From assembly GCF_026571515.1 (NCBI RefSeq), contig NW_026856458.1, positions 310,001 to 374,000 of the forward strand: a stretch of 64,000 nt of DNA, in the 5' to 3' direction. The DNA comes from Ruditapes philippinarum (lineage: Eukaryota). How positions within the stretch are numbered: position 1 is the first letter of the stretch; every line of letters starts with the position of its first letter. A model generated the notes under the pieces. The model did no database searches, had not been told where the DNA came from, and saw only the letters and a list, made by a program, of their open reading frames with translations. The translations under genes and the position numbers were made by a program. Shown in pieces: positions 24,226 through 36,730 of the stretch.

Positions 24226-25049
24226 ACTTATTCAAAATTGCGGTATATGTGATTTGCCTTAAAAACGATGGTTGACAGAAATACATAGCAAAATAATTGA
24301 ATAGGACAGGATATGAATTTTGTTCGGACGTCGGGAAAACATTCAAACTGGTTTTCAATAATCACTTAAAGATCGATTACGGTGTTGCACACAAAAATGA
24401 GTTTCAATTAAATTCCGAGTATATTTCTTCACAAATCTTTGCATGTCATTCGATTTAAATGTTTAAGTGGATTTATGTAAGAATTAAATATGTTTTTGTT
24501 TTTCGCCTTTTGAGCAGTCAAGGGAGTTCCTTAAAGTGTCCCATATCATCGGAAATAATTGCTTTCCGCCTCCCACAGTTTCCTTCAACTAGTTGAGAAA
24601 ATACATGTGACACACCTGATGTTTTGCCAAAGTCTACGATTATTTCCCATTTTTCCCGGTACAAAACGAAAACAGTAAACGCAGGGGGTTACTAATCATG
24701 GTTTCAAAATAAATCAGTCTATAACAGCAAAATTATTAAGGAGAGGATGCAAACTTTACTGAGGTTGGTAAATCATACACACGACTATACGACTTGAACC
24801 CACTACCAACCCCACACTCGCCTGTTTTGTTGTATTTTGGGGACTTTTGAAAATATCAATTTCTTGACCAACTTGTAGGCCTAATAGTAGCTACGCCAAA
24901 AAATAATGACTATGTAAATTTGGAAAGGTTGTGTGAATGCTATAAAGTTATTAGCCATTTATTTACAAAAATTAGTCAATATTTGGGCACTCGCAAAATA
25001 CACAACACCGGTCAAAGAAGACATGGCCATTTTGTTGGTCTATTATTAC

Positions 25050-25250
25050 AAGAAGCAAATTATTTGATATATAACGAGGAGCAATTTATCCTTTACTTAA
25101 TAAGTAGCAAACCATCCATTATGTTAAAAGACGCAATTTATCCGTAATATAATATGAAGCAATTTATCCGTAATATAGTATGGAGCAAATCAAATAAAAT
25201 AAGAAGCAATTTATCTGCAATATCACAAGAAGCAATCTATTGTAGCAATC
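25050..25250. repeat. Degenerate minisatellite (g.agcaatttatc.gtaata core)
   Basis: Repeated gaagcaaatta / gcaatttatcc motifs at irregular ~20-30-bp spacing. Confidence 0.55.
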
Positions 25251-25471
25251 GTTTTCAATAATACATATATTTAATTAACAAGTTATATATTAAAAGATTT
25301 AAATGTTGAAAGTGTAGATTCAAAATATTATAAGTTCTATTATTATCAATAAAAAAGTTGCTGCTTTAAACATGAACACATTATTAGATAAAACCAAGCA
25401 GAAACCAAGATAAACCTTTTTTGTTATTATGTAAAGGGTTAGTTGTTAGTCACTCTGATTATAAAATTCTC

Positions 25472-25690
25472 ATGGCGACTTTTCAGCTTTACCGGGCGGA
25501 GTATAAGCTTAGGTGCTCATTCATGTAATACTTCAGGCACGTGCGGGCATCCGAATAAAATCACAGGCCTTTAGGAAGGTAGCTGGATAATTTCATCGCA
25601 TGAAAGAATCTGAAAAACCCCTGATGGGACTAAAACCGAAAGCGATGAGGGTGCAGTTGATTTTTGAAGCAGCAGTAATCACAGGACCAT
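25472..25690 (-). mobile_element. Diverged V-domain-type SINE copy
   Basis: ggcgact..tcagctttac...ttcaggcacg...tagctggata...catgaaagaatc aligns with 59700-59880. Confidence 0.65.
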
Positions 25691-27171
25691 GGCAGCCGAC
25701 AAAGAAAATAACCTGCTAATACAGAATACTGCAATTACATAAGCAAAAACAAAGTATGTTGTTCTTCCTCCGAGAGGTAGGAGATCGTTAAATGGGAAAT
25801 ATTTTTTCCGTAAAAGAAACCTCCTGCGAAGTTGTCAGCAGCAGCATACATAACAGACAGTAGGATTGGTGGCCTATCCTTTTTGGTTTGTAAATAAAGT
25901 CATATATTTATATCTCTATGGTTGTCATTTATATAATCCAAAAAAGGGGGAAAGTGGTACCAATTTTGACTATTAAAGAGCGGAACATAACAAACCTTCG
26001 ATGTTTTGAATCTACATACGGTCCCCGACAGAGAATCTTTACATAATCAGATATGTATCATGTAAACAAGTTGTACAATTATTATCTACTTATCTACTAT
26101 AAGCAGCGCTTTCAAGTATACATTACTTAAATGTCACATAGCACTGAAAAAAAATCAAGTGCCGAAATTATGTAGGCCTATATGTCAGTGTTTATTAGTA
26201 AGCTTTTTTTAAATTGAATCGGTCAAGAGCGACCAATTTAATTTAATAAATGCTTACTTATAAACACAAACAAATTTAGTGTGAACAAATTATTTTTATA
26301 AACTATGGATTTACTAGACTGATTAATAAAGTTCGATTTAGCAAAGTAAATGTGTTATGATTCATTTGAAATAATACAATTTTATATGACAAAAATAAGT
26401 TCAAACACTAAATATGTGTATTATCACTTTATTCCATCTACAGCCGTTGTTAATTAGGATAATCTAAAAAGGGTTTACGTTTTCTTTTGCGTCCGGTAAC
26501 ATTTGCAGAAGCACGAGGGAGCACTTTAATAATTGATTTAATAATTCCGAGGGTTTCTTTATATGTTAAAGCACGGAAATAAGTAAACAAAATACGTCTG
26601 ATTTGGTCAATCCGCAATTCTTTTGTTTTTCCTTTATCTTTTTTGAGAGGGTGGGGGTCTGTTACCGGGGCCATTATTGCAGTAACCCATTAACTTGCCG
26701 TCACGTGTCAGCTTTTAACTAAAACGTGCAACATCGGCGCTTGTTCGCGTGATTTTATCTTTAAATGCATGATTTCCTTTCTGTTTTCTTGCCTGTTTTA
26801 TAAAGATATATGTATCACTATAACAAAGTATGGTCAGGTACCCGCGACAATATTTAATTAACTATCAAATAGTTATCGGGACTTCACTGATGTCTAAAAA
26901 CCTAAAAATATAAAGTTTGAATTTTTTACATAAATAAGCTGGGGCATTTTAAACAAACAGACAGATATGCAAAAGATAGTTAAGAAATGTAACTTAGAAA
27001 TAAGTTGAAATTCGTATTGTTGTGCTTTTCCTAGAATGATTTGAATGAAAAGCGTTGCAAAAGAGTGAGCGATTGATCTGAGAGTTTGCACAAGGGTAAT
27101 TGGTCTTGATCAACATCAAATTGCAAATTTATCTCGTGATCTCAAAATCTCATTGGAGTCCCTTTCATGTC

Positions 27172-27414
27172 NNNNNNNNNNNNNNNNNNNNNNNNNNNNN
27201 NNNNNNNNNNNNNNNNNNNNNNNNNNNNNNNNNNNNNNNNNNNNNNNNNNNNNNNNNNNNNNNNNNNNNNNNNNNNNNNNNNNNNNNNNNNNNNNNNNNN
27301 NNNNNNNNNNNNNNNNNNNNNNNNNNNNNNNNNNNNNNNNNNNNNNNNNNNNNNNNNNNNNNNNNNNNNNNNNNNNNNNNNNNNNNNNNNNNNNNNNNNN
27401 NNNNNNNNNNNNNN
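27172..27414. other. Assembly gap (N run)
   Basis: 243 N. Confidence 1.
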
Positions 27415-28269
27415 TTTTTAAGAAAAGGTTACTCAATGGACAATTATATGCTTCTTTTTTTTGTTTATTTTTTATATTAATGCAATTACCAGCATAGTAT
27501 TTTGTATGAAAATCATTGCATTTTTGCTGCTCTTAGGGAACAAATGATTTCACATGCCAGGGGCGTACCTACCGATACGCCAATACGCCAGGGCGTATAA
27601 ATTCAAGCAAAATTCAAAAAATTGATAAAGTTAGAAATTCCAAAAATGGAATAAAAATCAAGGGGCATAGTGTAGGTCCCTTGAAATTTTAGCTCAAAAC
27701 TGACTAGATCGATCCTGTGAAGTAATGTACAAAGACATGGAAATAAACGTATAGATTTCAAGTAGCCTAATACCGTAAATACGGTACTCGGCAGTTCTAC
27801 TTTGTCAACGGGAAGCAACTCTAGCGAAGATGGTTTTTATCGTTGTTTCTATTCGGGATCCGAATGAATGTTTAGCGCTACAAGTTTTCAAGGCGGGAAT
27901 TTTAAAATGTCTTTTAAAGATGGAGATTTCATTCCGCCCTATCCTGATCCTTTTGGAGATGGAGAAAGCTTCAAAGAAGTTAACAAGAAGCTCGTTCTTT
28001 TGACTCAACCATGGAATGATGTGCAGGCCTTTAAATTCCCATCAAGGTAGATTCTAGCTTCTCATTCTACCTATAATTAGAATCTATATAAATAATCAAA
28101 AAGTAGCTTTATTCAAATTATCGCGTAAAAATATTCATTTGAGATTTAAATGATTAGCGTGGCCTAACTTGTATGGAGAACAATTAAATTAATAGCTTAG
28201 GCCGAATAGTTTAGTCATCTGACGACTTTATAATATTATATACTTAATATCAACTCATTATTTTATATT

Positions 28270-28349
28270 GGCTATATAGCTCAGTGGATAGAGCGGATGT
28301 CTCTCGGTGGTTTCGTAGAATTCAGCTGTCGGTTCAAAACCTTTCAGCG
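28270..28349 (+). other. tRNA-like Pol III A/B-box sequence within transposase intron 1
   Basis: ggctatatagctcagtggatagagcg ... ggttcaaaacc; no complete cloverleaf. Confidence 0.5.
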
Positions 28350-29629
28350 TGATTTTTTTTCTTTATTATATATTTTTTTTTAATATTTTGCATAAGTAGA
28401 ATCTAGATCTAAATATGATAATTTTAATTTTCAATGACATTCTTGTCTTTTTTTATAGTTTTATAATTCGGTAAAAAATTTTACACTCAATAATTTTTTA
28501 ACATTCAGGTATGCTAGTGGAAGATTTAGGACGCCACAACCGGCTTGGTTTACGTTTTATAGCTGGCTGAGGTATTCTGTAAAGCTGGATGGGGTCTTTT
28601 GTGCCCCGTGTTTTCTATTTTCTGGCTCTGATCCCCGCAGCAAGGCACTGACAACAACTGTAGTTACAGACTGGAGTAACATAAAAAAGATTTTAGATAA
28701 GCACGGGAAATCTGATATTCATATCTCTAGTTCAATTGCTGCAGAAAACTTTGTAGCGATACAGAATCGACAACAAAAGGATATTGAGTGCAGTATATCC
28801 TCAGCATATAATGCTTTGGTTGAGAAAAACCGAAAAATTATGGCATTGATTGTCGATACCCTTATGCTTTGTGGAAAGCAAAATATTCCAATCCGTGGTC
28901 ACCGCGAAGATGCTGATTCTGACAGAAAGGGGAACTTTCAAGCACTACTAGAATTTCAGGCTAAAAATAATCCAGTTCTGAAAGACCATCTGGAAAATGG
29001 AGACCCAAGGACGCGCTACACTTCTCCAAAGATTCAGAACGAGATAATTGCCATATGTGGCAAACTTATTTCTGATGAAATCGTCACCGAATGTAATCAG
29101 TCTCAAATGTTCAGCCTGATAGCAGACGAGGCAACAGACTGCGCTACAATGGAGCAAATGGCTCTTTGTGTGCGATATCTGAAGGACAGCGAGATCAGGG
29201 AAGAATTCCTTGGTTTCTCCGAGTGCAAGAGTACCACGGGGGAGGCATTGGCTAACGCCTTTCTTGAAAACCTCAGATGTTTAGGTAATGATTGAGAAAT
29301 TTGACACAATAAACTGCATAAATAACATTATATCTTTATTTACGACAGTTTAGTATCTAAAATAACTTTCTGAGATCCATATTTAAACACAATTTAAAAC
29401 TGAAAATATTAATTTCCGTGCCTACTTTGATTTACAAATTAATAAAAGTTTGGCATCTTTACAATGCAGATATTTTTTTCGGGGGGGGGGGGGAGGGGGG
29501 GGTCCTTTCACTCAACCTGATTTAACAAATCTCTTTTGAACATTTTTTTTACATTTTATAGTATATTATTGTATGCAATATAAAACAAAGATATTAAAAG
29601 AACAGTTTTTAACAGTTTATAGAAAATCT

Positions 29630-29757
29630 NNNNNNNNNNNNNNNNNNNNNNNNNNNNNNNNNNNNNNNNNNNNNNNNNNNNNNNNNNNNNNNNNNNNNNN
29701 NNNNNNNNNNNNNNNNNNNNNNNNNNNNNNNNNNNNNNNNNNNNNNNNNNNNNNNNN
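29630..29757. other. Assembly gap (N run) in transposase intron 2
   Basis: 128 N. Confidence 1.
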
Positions 29758-30894
29758 ATAAGGATGATAATGTTGATAATAATAATTAAGGTTATTATAA
29801 TTGTAATGATATGATTACTTCTTTATTCATACAGGAGTACAGATGGACTATATAAGGGGTCAGGGATACGACGGGGCCTCAAATATGTCCGGGTTATATA
29901 GAGGTGTCCAAGCCAGGATCCGCCAACAATATCCTGAGGCAGTTTATACCCATTGCAAGGCCCATTGCTTGAACTTAGCAATTGTCCACGCATCCAACTG
30001 CACGTATGTTAGAAATATGATGGCCACGGTGCAGACAGTAGCGTTTGCTTTTAACATGTCCGCAAAACGTTTGCTAAATTTTCAAGAAACTCTCGGATGT
30101 GACCCCACCAGCCGTGAAGAAATGGAAGAGCGACAGAAGCTTCAGTCGTTATGTGAGACACGTTGGGCAGCTAGGGCCGATGCTCTTCACACGTTTTTAT
30201 GCTCATACAGGTATCACTGTGTTTGATACATTCAATATAAGCATAAATTATGAATTCTTTGCCGAGATGCTTTAATGACAAATGTCTTACATTAAACACA
30301 TATCTATTGAAATAAAACATGTGTGTATTAAATGATGAAATATTTACGCATTTAATTATTTTATATATATTTATATATGTTTGATTCAAATTCAATTTTG
30401 TTTAAGAACTGTAGTAACATCACTGGAGGACATGGGTACGAATGGCGACACGAAGGCAGCTGCATATAGTCTATCCGTGCTAAAGTTTGATTTTATTATC
30501 ACCCTTGTAGCAGCGGAGCATGTTCTTGCTGCACTTGTTGGACTATCAACCATGCTACAGCAGAAAGCCTGTGACCTCTTAAGAGCTGCCACAGAAACTA
30601 GAGTGGTGATTGCTACATTGAAGGCAAGTTGGTCATTTTATTAATATTCTTAATGATACAAGAAATTTAAGTGATACGATCTATAAATAGAAATGTTTTC
30701 TTTCTTTATACTGTATGAGATCTACATAGCTCACATGTACACCTATGTTCACAAATACAGCAAGAACTTATGAAGTCAAATGTTTTTATCAGAACGGATT
30801 ATATTTCTTATGATAAAATAGACTCATTTACATGTGAAGGTGTAGATATAGTCATGAGGATTGATTTTTTATGTCCCACTTTGTATTACATAAA

Positions 30895-31040
30895 GGATAT
30901 ACCGGTATATGTTTGTTTTGCACAAACCTAAGTGAACACCAGATGCAATATTTTCATGAGTCGCGTAGCCACGAGTGAAAATAGAATACGCTGGTGTTCC
31001 CGAATGAAATATATTTCAATCTTATAATTAAAACAAATAA
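30895..31040. mobile_element. Degenerate palindromic MITE in transposase intron 4
   Basis: gaacaccag..tattttcatgagtcgcgtagccacgagtgaaaata..ctggtgttc; same centre as 62038-62160. Confidence 0.6.
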
Positions 31041-32152
31041 TCATGCTTTTGTAATATAGCTCTGTTAAATTTCTCTAAGTTTATTAAATTTTTAACATGA
31101 TGTATGATGACATCAACTTTCTTTTCCTTTATTTAGGCAAAATGTATATGTATGACGGCATTTTTTTGCCAGTTATTCCATTTACTCATGATATTCTTTT
31201 CATCTGCATTCATGTCTTGTCCGGCTACAGTGAAAATTATATTTGTGGTTTATGTTCTCATAATCATCTGATATATTACAGTAAACCTCTGGACAGCATG
31301 AAATAAATATGAATCAAACGTAATTTACTTTAACGGTGTTAAAACCGTAATTAGGTACAGCAAAGACTTGTCACTTGTATGGAGAATATTTCAGGTTAGG
31401 TAGTTTGCACTGAGCCTCAACAGAACGATCAATATTTTATAAACGCTCTAGATATCTTTCTTATAGACATAACTGTGACGCTTTGATATTTTCGAATTAT
31501 CTTACAGAATGAAAGGGGCGACACTGCTGTTTGGGATTCTTTGTACCAGAAAGCTGTGGATCTTGCTTCGAATGTAGGAGTCGATCCCTGCATTCCAAGA
31601 AACGTCGGACGTCAGAGAAATCGCCCAAATGGCCCAAGTGATACATCATCGCAATTCTGGAAAATTAATATGTATTACCCTTTTCTTGACCATCTGTTAA
31701 GCTGGAGAATCGCCTTTTACAAGCAAATCCTAGATACAACGCACAAATGCTAATCCCAAGTCAGGTCAGTAAATGCTTTTATATTGACATTTTTTCATAT
31801 TTATAATAGATCAATAAACATTGATGTATAGACGATTTTTTGTTAATTTTGAGTAAATATGCTATTACACTGAGAAGTCAGAAAATTGCAATATAGCACG
31901 TGTGAAAATGTGAATATTTTTTCACTTCTATGTGTGATAAATAGCATATTCATTAGAAACTAACACATTTTCTTTTCAAGATGCCTTAAAATGTAGAAAA
32001 AACGCAATTTTCAATTACTGATTTGAACGACGCTCGTCAGACATTCAACGTCTGTGCGAAAAACGCTATTCAAACAAACGTATTTAAAGCTTATAGTTAA
32101 CATTGCGGTGAAACGTTTAACTTTTTTAGAGAAATAATGACATTTGAATCGA

Positions 32153-32560
32153 GTACCGAAGCTTATCAGGGCCCCCACGTAAGTACAAGTTTCACGTCCT
32201 TCTTGTTTTGACCAAAAACATTCCATGAAGTGAAGACGTTATATGATAAATACGTAATACGTATAAGTTTTTAATCATTCCCAAAAAACTTTTGTTGAAT
32301 TACCTGAGCTATTTGTCAATGCGAGTAAACGTCATTTCGTCTTACTAAATATTTCAGCAAAGTCGTGAAATCACGAAGTTTCGACAGGATTTTTGCCGGA
32401 GAGCATATCGAGAAAAGTTCACTTGCAATGCCTTAAATCTTCTCATCTTTGTCAGTAAATTTTATTGAGACATTCGAAAACATCTTATCAATGCGAATAA
32501 AAAAAAGTTAACTTAGCGTAAAACATCTTATCAACTGTAGGCCCTGATAAGCTTCCGTAC
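32153..32560. mobile_element. Nested MITE in transposase intron 5
   Basis: gtaccgaagcttatcagggcc (32153-32173) / ggccctgataagcttccgtac (32540-32560): 21-bp IR with 1 mismatch; TA (or GTAC) at both ends. Confidence 0.75.
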
Positions 32561-34349
32561 CATTAACAAGTTAATTTACAAAATTTTTGGAATCATGAAA
32601 ATTGAAGCGTACACCAAAACAAGTTCGGTCACAGTGTAAATGATATACTGTTGGTGATGTGGATTTTAATTCACCAATAAAACCCAGTATCTCTCCAGTT
32701 AGCATTTTAATAGAAAATATTGTATGAAATTGGGCATTTTATATGTTTCGTTGTGTGAACAGTACTGAGTGATGCTGAGAGAAATTGTATGTCGACATAT
32801 ATTTTGACAAATACTTTATCACATTATATTGTAGCTTTCATGATAATTTGTAAACATGTTTAAATCAACTTTATTCTTGATTACTAAGACATGTACTGCA
32901 GATATGAAAATGCTCATTGAATCCATTACTACTACATATATAACGAGGAAATCTTCTTTTAACATTATTTCATTTAAAGAATTGATTCTTTGCTTAAATT
33001 GGAATATTGAAATTATCGATTATTTTATAGGTGTGGTCTTCCTGTATCACAGTGCCGAGAACTATATAGAGGGGTCTACAGACATGCTTGGATGTTGACG
33101 AAGATACATTCCTCCGTGAATGTGTCTTGTGGAGGACGTGGTGGACTGATCCAACACTAGCTGCCCAACGAGAAACGACTCCAGAAAACTTAAACGGATT
33201 CATTAAAAAGTTACAAGTGAAGCATTGTATCCAAATATCAGGAAATGCTTGGCACTTCTTATGGTAGTGCCGGTCTCTACCGCTACTGCAGAAAGATCGT
33301 TCTCTACAATGCGTAGAGTTAAATCATGCCTCAGGTCAACCATGACGACTGAGAGGCTGTCCGGCTTGGGACTTCTGAACATTTACCAGGAAAAGAAAGC
33401 TTGATGCTGAACGTATTGTCGATATTTTTGCGGCTAAAAAAGAAAGAAGACTGGCTTTGATATTTAAAAGTGTAGATTATAACAGAGATGTAAATGAATA
33501 AATAAATAAATAAAAACAAAAAAATTATTATAAAAAGAATGAATGAATAAATATATAGTAAATAGTAATGAAGAAGGAAAAATAAAATCTAAATCGTTTG
33601 TTGTAATTTTGTTGTAATACGTTTAATACTTTTTTATTATATTGGTTAAGTTTTAGTCAGGGAAAGACATTTGAGAAGCTATTTTATGGCATTTCAGCCT
33701 TTTAAAATGATGCTTAATCAAATTTTTTCGGGGGCCTCCGGCCCCCTGAACCCCTGGCCAGGGCTTTGCCCTGGACCCAACGGGGGCCCTAGCGGCCCCC
33801 TGGCCCCCAACTTTTATGGGCGTATTCTTCAAATACCTCCAGGTACGCCCCTGCATGCAGCGCTTCCTTTTTCTTTCTTTTTTTCTTCATTAGATAACAT
33901 GCTCTAAAACGGTTATTTAAACGATATGTTACTCATGTTTACAATTTTTAAAAAGAAATTCGTTTCTAGGACATAATGTACCTTTAAATTACTTTATAGC
34001 AGTAAAATGAATTTATGTTTATTTAATTTGTAATACAGTAGTCACATAACGTTATGACTAATATTTCAGAAAACATCGTGCTTATATAAGAATAACGATG
34101 AAATCAACAAATCTGTTGTGCACTTTTATAGTAACAAATTATAAAATAAAATTTAAAACCAGTCCAACAACAAAAGTTGGAAATGCCCCTTGTGGTTGCA
34201 GGCCACCAGAAATATGTTTACAATCTTTTGTAATTTAGCATCATAAATATAATAATCTGGTTGTAAGTATTATATAAATATCCTTGAGGACCTTTTAAGA
34301 CTCTTAAAACGATACATATTGATATATAGTTATTTCTTTGCACCAACAC

Positions 34350-34547
34350 TTTCATGCTTTACCGACTGGAGGATAGCCTTGTGCCGCACTCTATGCAAGG
34401 TACGAACAAGCACATGGAAACACATGTTATGTAAGCTAGCTGGATAGATTTCCTTACATAACGAAGTCCCTAGTCAATAGCAAGGTTCAAACCGTGAGAG
34501 GCAATGGGTTTGAAATCAAAGAACTTAACAGCTCGGCCACGGGCGCT
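34350..34547 (-). mobile_element. Diverged V-domain-type SINE copy
   Basis: gtaagctagctggatag.ttcct.acat and the 5' head 'ttaacagctcggccacgggcgc' on the minus strand. Confidence 0.6.
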
Positions 34548-34663
34548 TAAGTGTATATGATATTAAATTGACAATCATCAAGCTGAGTCTACGATTTTCA
34601 ACTTTTTTTGTTCTGTTTGCCTTGCTGTCGAAGGACAATTTCGTCAGATTTTTAGGCAAGAAG

Positions 34664-34736
34664 AGGCTCCATTCAAGTGTTCAATTTGGCTTAAATAGAA
34701 GGCTCCATTCAAGTGTTCAATTTGGCTTAAATAGAA
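34664..34736. repeat. Exact ~36-bp tandem duplication
   Basis: aggctccattcaagtgttcaatttggcttaaataga occurs twice in succession. Confidence 0.9.
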
Positions 34737-35039
34737 TTTAATTTAAAGTTTTCACAAGATTTATTGAATAAAAAGCTAAAATATCTTACTGTCACCGTAT
34801 AACTTTTGTTCTGTTAATTCTCATCTGACAAGGGCATAGAGTGCATTAACTTACACAAAATATATTATTCATTTGGCTGGTCTTTTTCCTGTTTGTTGAA
34901 TTCTTACTTACACCTTGTTTGGCTAAAAGTTCACAGACCTGATCGTTGTCTGCTTTATTCCTAAACATGTACTATTTTCAATTATTGGTCATTCACCTTA
35001 AAAGTAGTCAATCTTCAACCCAGTTGAGAGACAGAATAA

Positions 35040-36245
35040 TTATCAAAATGATATTTTAAATAAACTAAATTTTTCTTGTAACACCGTTTTAGACTCAGAA
35101 ATATCTGAAAAGGAAAATCTGGCTGCTGTTGAAGAATTGAAAAACCACAAATCTGCTGGGGTTGACGGCATAAAAAACGAAATGATTAAATACAGCATTT
35201 CATTTATTCTTCCGTGTTTTAACAAAGTTGTTTGATATGATTCTAACAAATGGTATCTATCCTTCAGATTGGTAAATTGGCTGTATAAACACACTTTTTA
35301 AGAAGGGTAAACCTGATGATCCCTCTAATTATAGGGGTATAACCATTATTCCATGTGTTGCCAAACTTTTTTACTGTTTACTAACCAAAAGGTCACAGTC
35401 ATTTATTGATAGAAATAATGTTATAAACCCAGTGCAAACAGGCTTTATTTACGTTCATTGAACGCCGCCTTTCCTTGTTGATCTTGTTTATCATATTTCA
35501 GCCATAATCCCGCACGTGTGATCACATGTTTGTTCTGAGAACACTTATAGAAAAGTCAAAGGCTAATAAGCATGTGCTATATGCATGTTTTGTTGATTTT
35601 TCAAAAGCATTTGATACGGTTTTACACTCTGCTCTTTTTGTAAAACTTCATAGCATTGGTGTAACTGGTAGATTTTTTAATAATTTGAATAGCATGTATG
35701 GCAATTCTTACCTTAGTGTTAAAATAGAAAGTAACTCATGTTTACAAGAATAAAAAATAGGTAAATTGGTAAATTTCATGATAGTTGTTTAACAAACACC
35801 TTTCAACAAGATGTTAGTGTCTAACGGGGTGATAATTTAAGCCCAAATATGTTTAAAATATTCATAAATGATCTGCCAAGTATATATGACTAGATACCGG
35901 ATTCTGTTCCTTGCAAGCAAAGCACAAAAAATAGCTTTTAGAAACTAAACTACTTGTAGTATGGACCTGAATAAAAATCACCTACCTCTCTTCCCATAAA
36001 AAATCCTCCATCTTGAAAATTCTATACTGTATCCGGAAAACGCGATACTGTAAAGCGTTCCCTACGGTGATATAGTTACTAGTCCATTTTTAATTGTGTT
36101 ATCAAATCAAAATTAGCTCATGTTATCTAATTGTTTTGTTTATGTACATTTACATTTAATGTAAGTACTGGTATATATTCTATGTAATCATATGCCTGAG
36201 AAGGTCCATGATTGGAAATAAACGCTATTCTATTCTATTATATTC
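35040..36245 (+). mobile_element. Degraded non-LTR retrotransposon (LINE) reverse-transcriptase fragment with 3' tail
   Basis: LKNHKSAGVDGIKNEMIKY, KKGKPDDPSNYRGITII, QTGF..RTCDHMFVLRTLIEK, LYACFVDFSKAFDTV, GDNLSPNMFKIFINDL with stops and frameshifts; ends aataaacgctattctattctatt. Confidence 0.85.
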
Positions 36246-36489
36246 ATCAAAAATGATTATAATGTCACCTTAAGGGTTAGAAAAGGTTACTTAGTTATTC
36301 ATGACACACTACAAAAAATTTCACTAAAAATGCAAAGCAATTCTTAACTTATAACTAGTTCTAATTTTTGTGGCAAGGAAAGGACTTAAAATTAATCAAT
36401 TTTTACCAACCTTGCATGCTAATTTCACGTAGCTATGGTGCTGTCTCTTGGTTTATACGGTGACCTGTTAGGGCAATCACGACATACAC

Positions 36490-36730
36490 ATAACTCAATA
36501 AAAAGAAAACATAAAATAACGATGGTGAAAAGTCGATATAACGAAACCACGATGGTGTAAAGTCAAAGGTACGATGATGACAATTCTTAAGTGTGATAGA
36601 GAAAAGTTGAAATAATGAAACAGCGTTAGAGAAAACTCGTAATAATTTCGGGATAATGAAACCGTGAAAGTTAAAAAGTACGATAGTAAAAACATGAAAT
36701 AATATCGAAACTATAACGGGACAATGTAGA
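36490..36730. repeat. Degenerate short-period repeat (acgatggtgaaaagtcg-like)
   Basis: Recurrent acgat(g/a)gt / aaaagtcga motifs; source of low-complexity ORFs 36433..36828 and 36495..36695. Confidence 0.5.

Larger units (their letters stand above)
27868..33501 (+). pseudogene. Spliced hAT transposase, ZMYM1/THAP12(PRKRIR)-like (TTF-type zinc finger, DUF4371-like region, hAT dimerisation domain); frameshifted as assembled
   Basis: Phase-compatible exons 27868-28046, 28509-29284, 29835-30210, 30407-30623, 31508-31764, 33031-33501. Motifs WLRYSVKLDGVFCAPCFLF, PIRGHRED..GNF, SLIADEATD (D), GQGYDGASNM (D), HCKAHCLNL (CxxH), CETRW, LYPNI..VPVSTATAERSFSTMRRVKSCLRSTM (E). Frameshifts near 31700 and several in the last exon. 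Confidence 0.9.
27558..33853 (+). mobile_element. Full-length hAT-superfamily DNA transposon (~6.3 kb including gap and nested inserts)
   Basis: TIR caggggcgtacct (27558-27570) / aggtacgcccctg (33841-33853); flanking direct repeat catgc (27553-27557, 33854-33858); subterminal ggcgtat/atacgcc motifs at both ends; encloses the transposase gene. Confidence 0.92.

Noticed and set aside
27100-27497. Four ORFs spanning the gap, and ORF 29573..29761
   Set aside because: Artefacts of N runs.
28948-30592. Minus-strand ORFs overlapping the transposase (and those at 51752-53330)
   Set aside because: Antisense shadows of real + strand exons.
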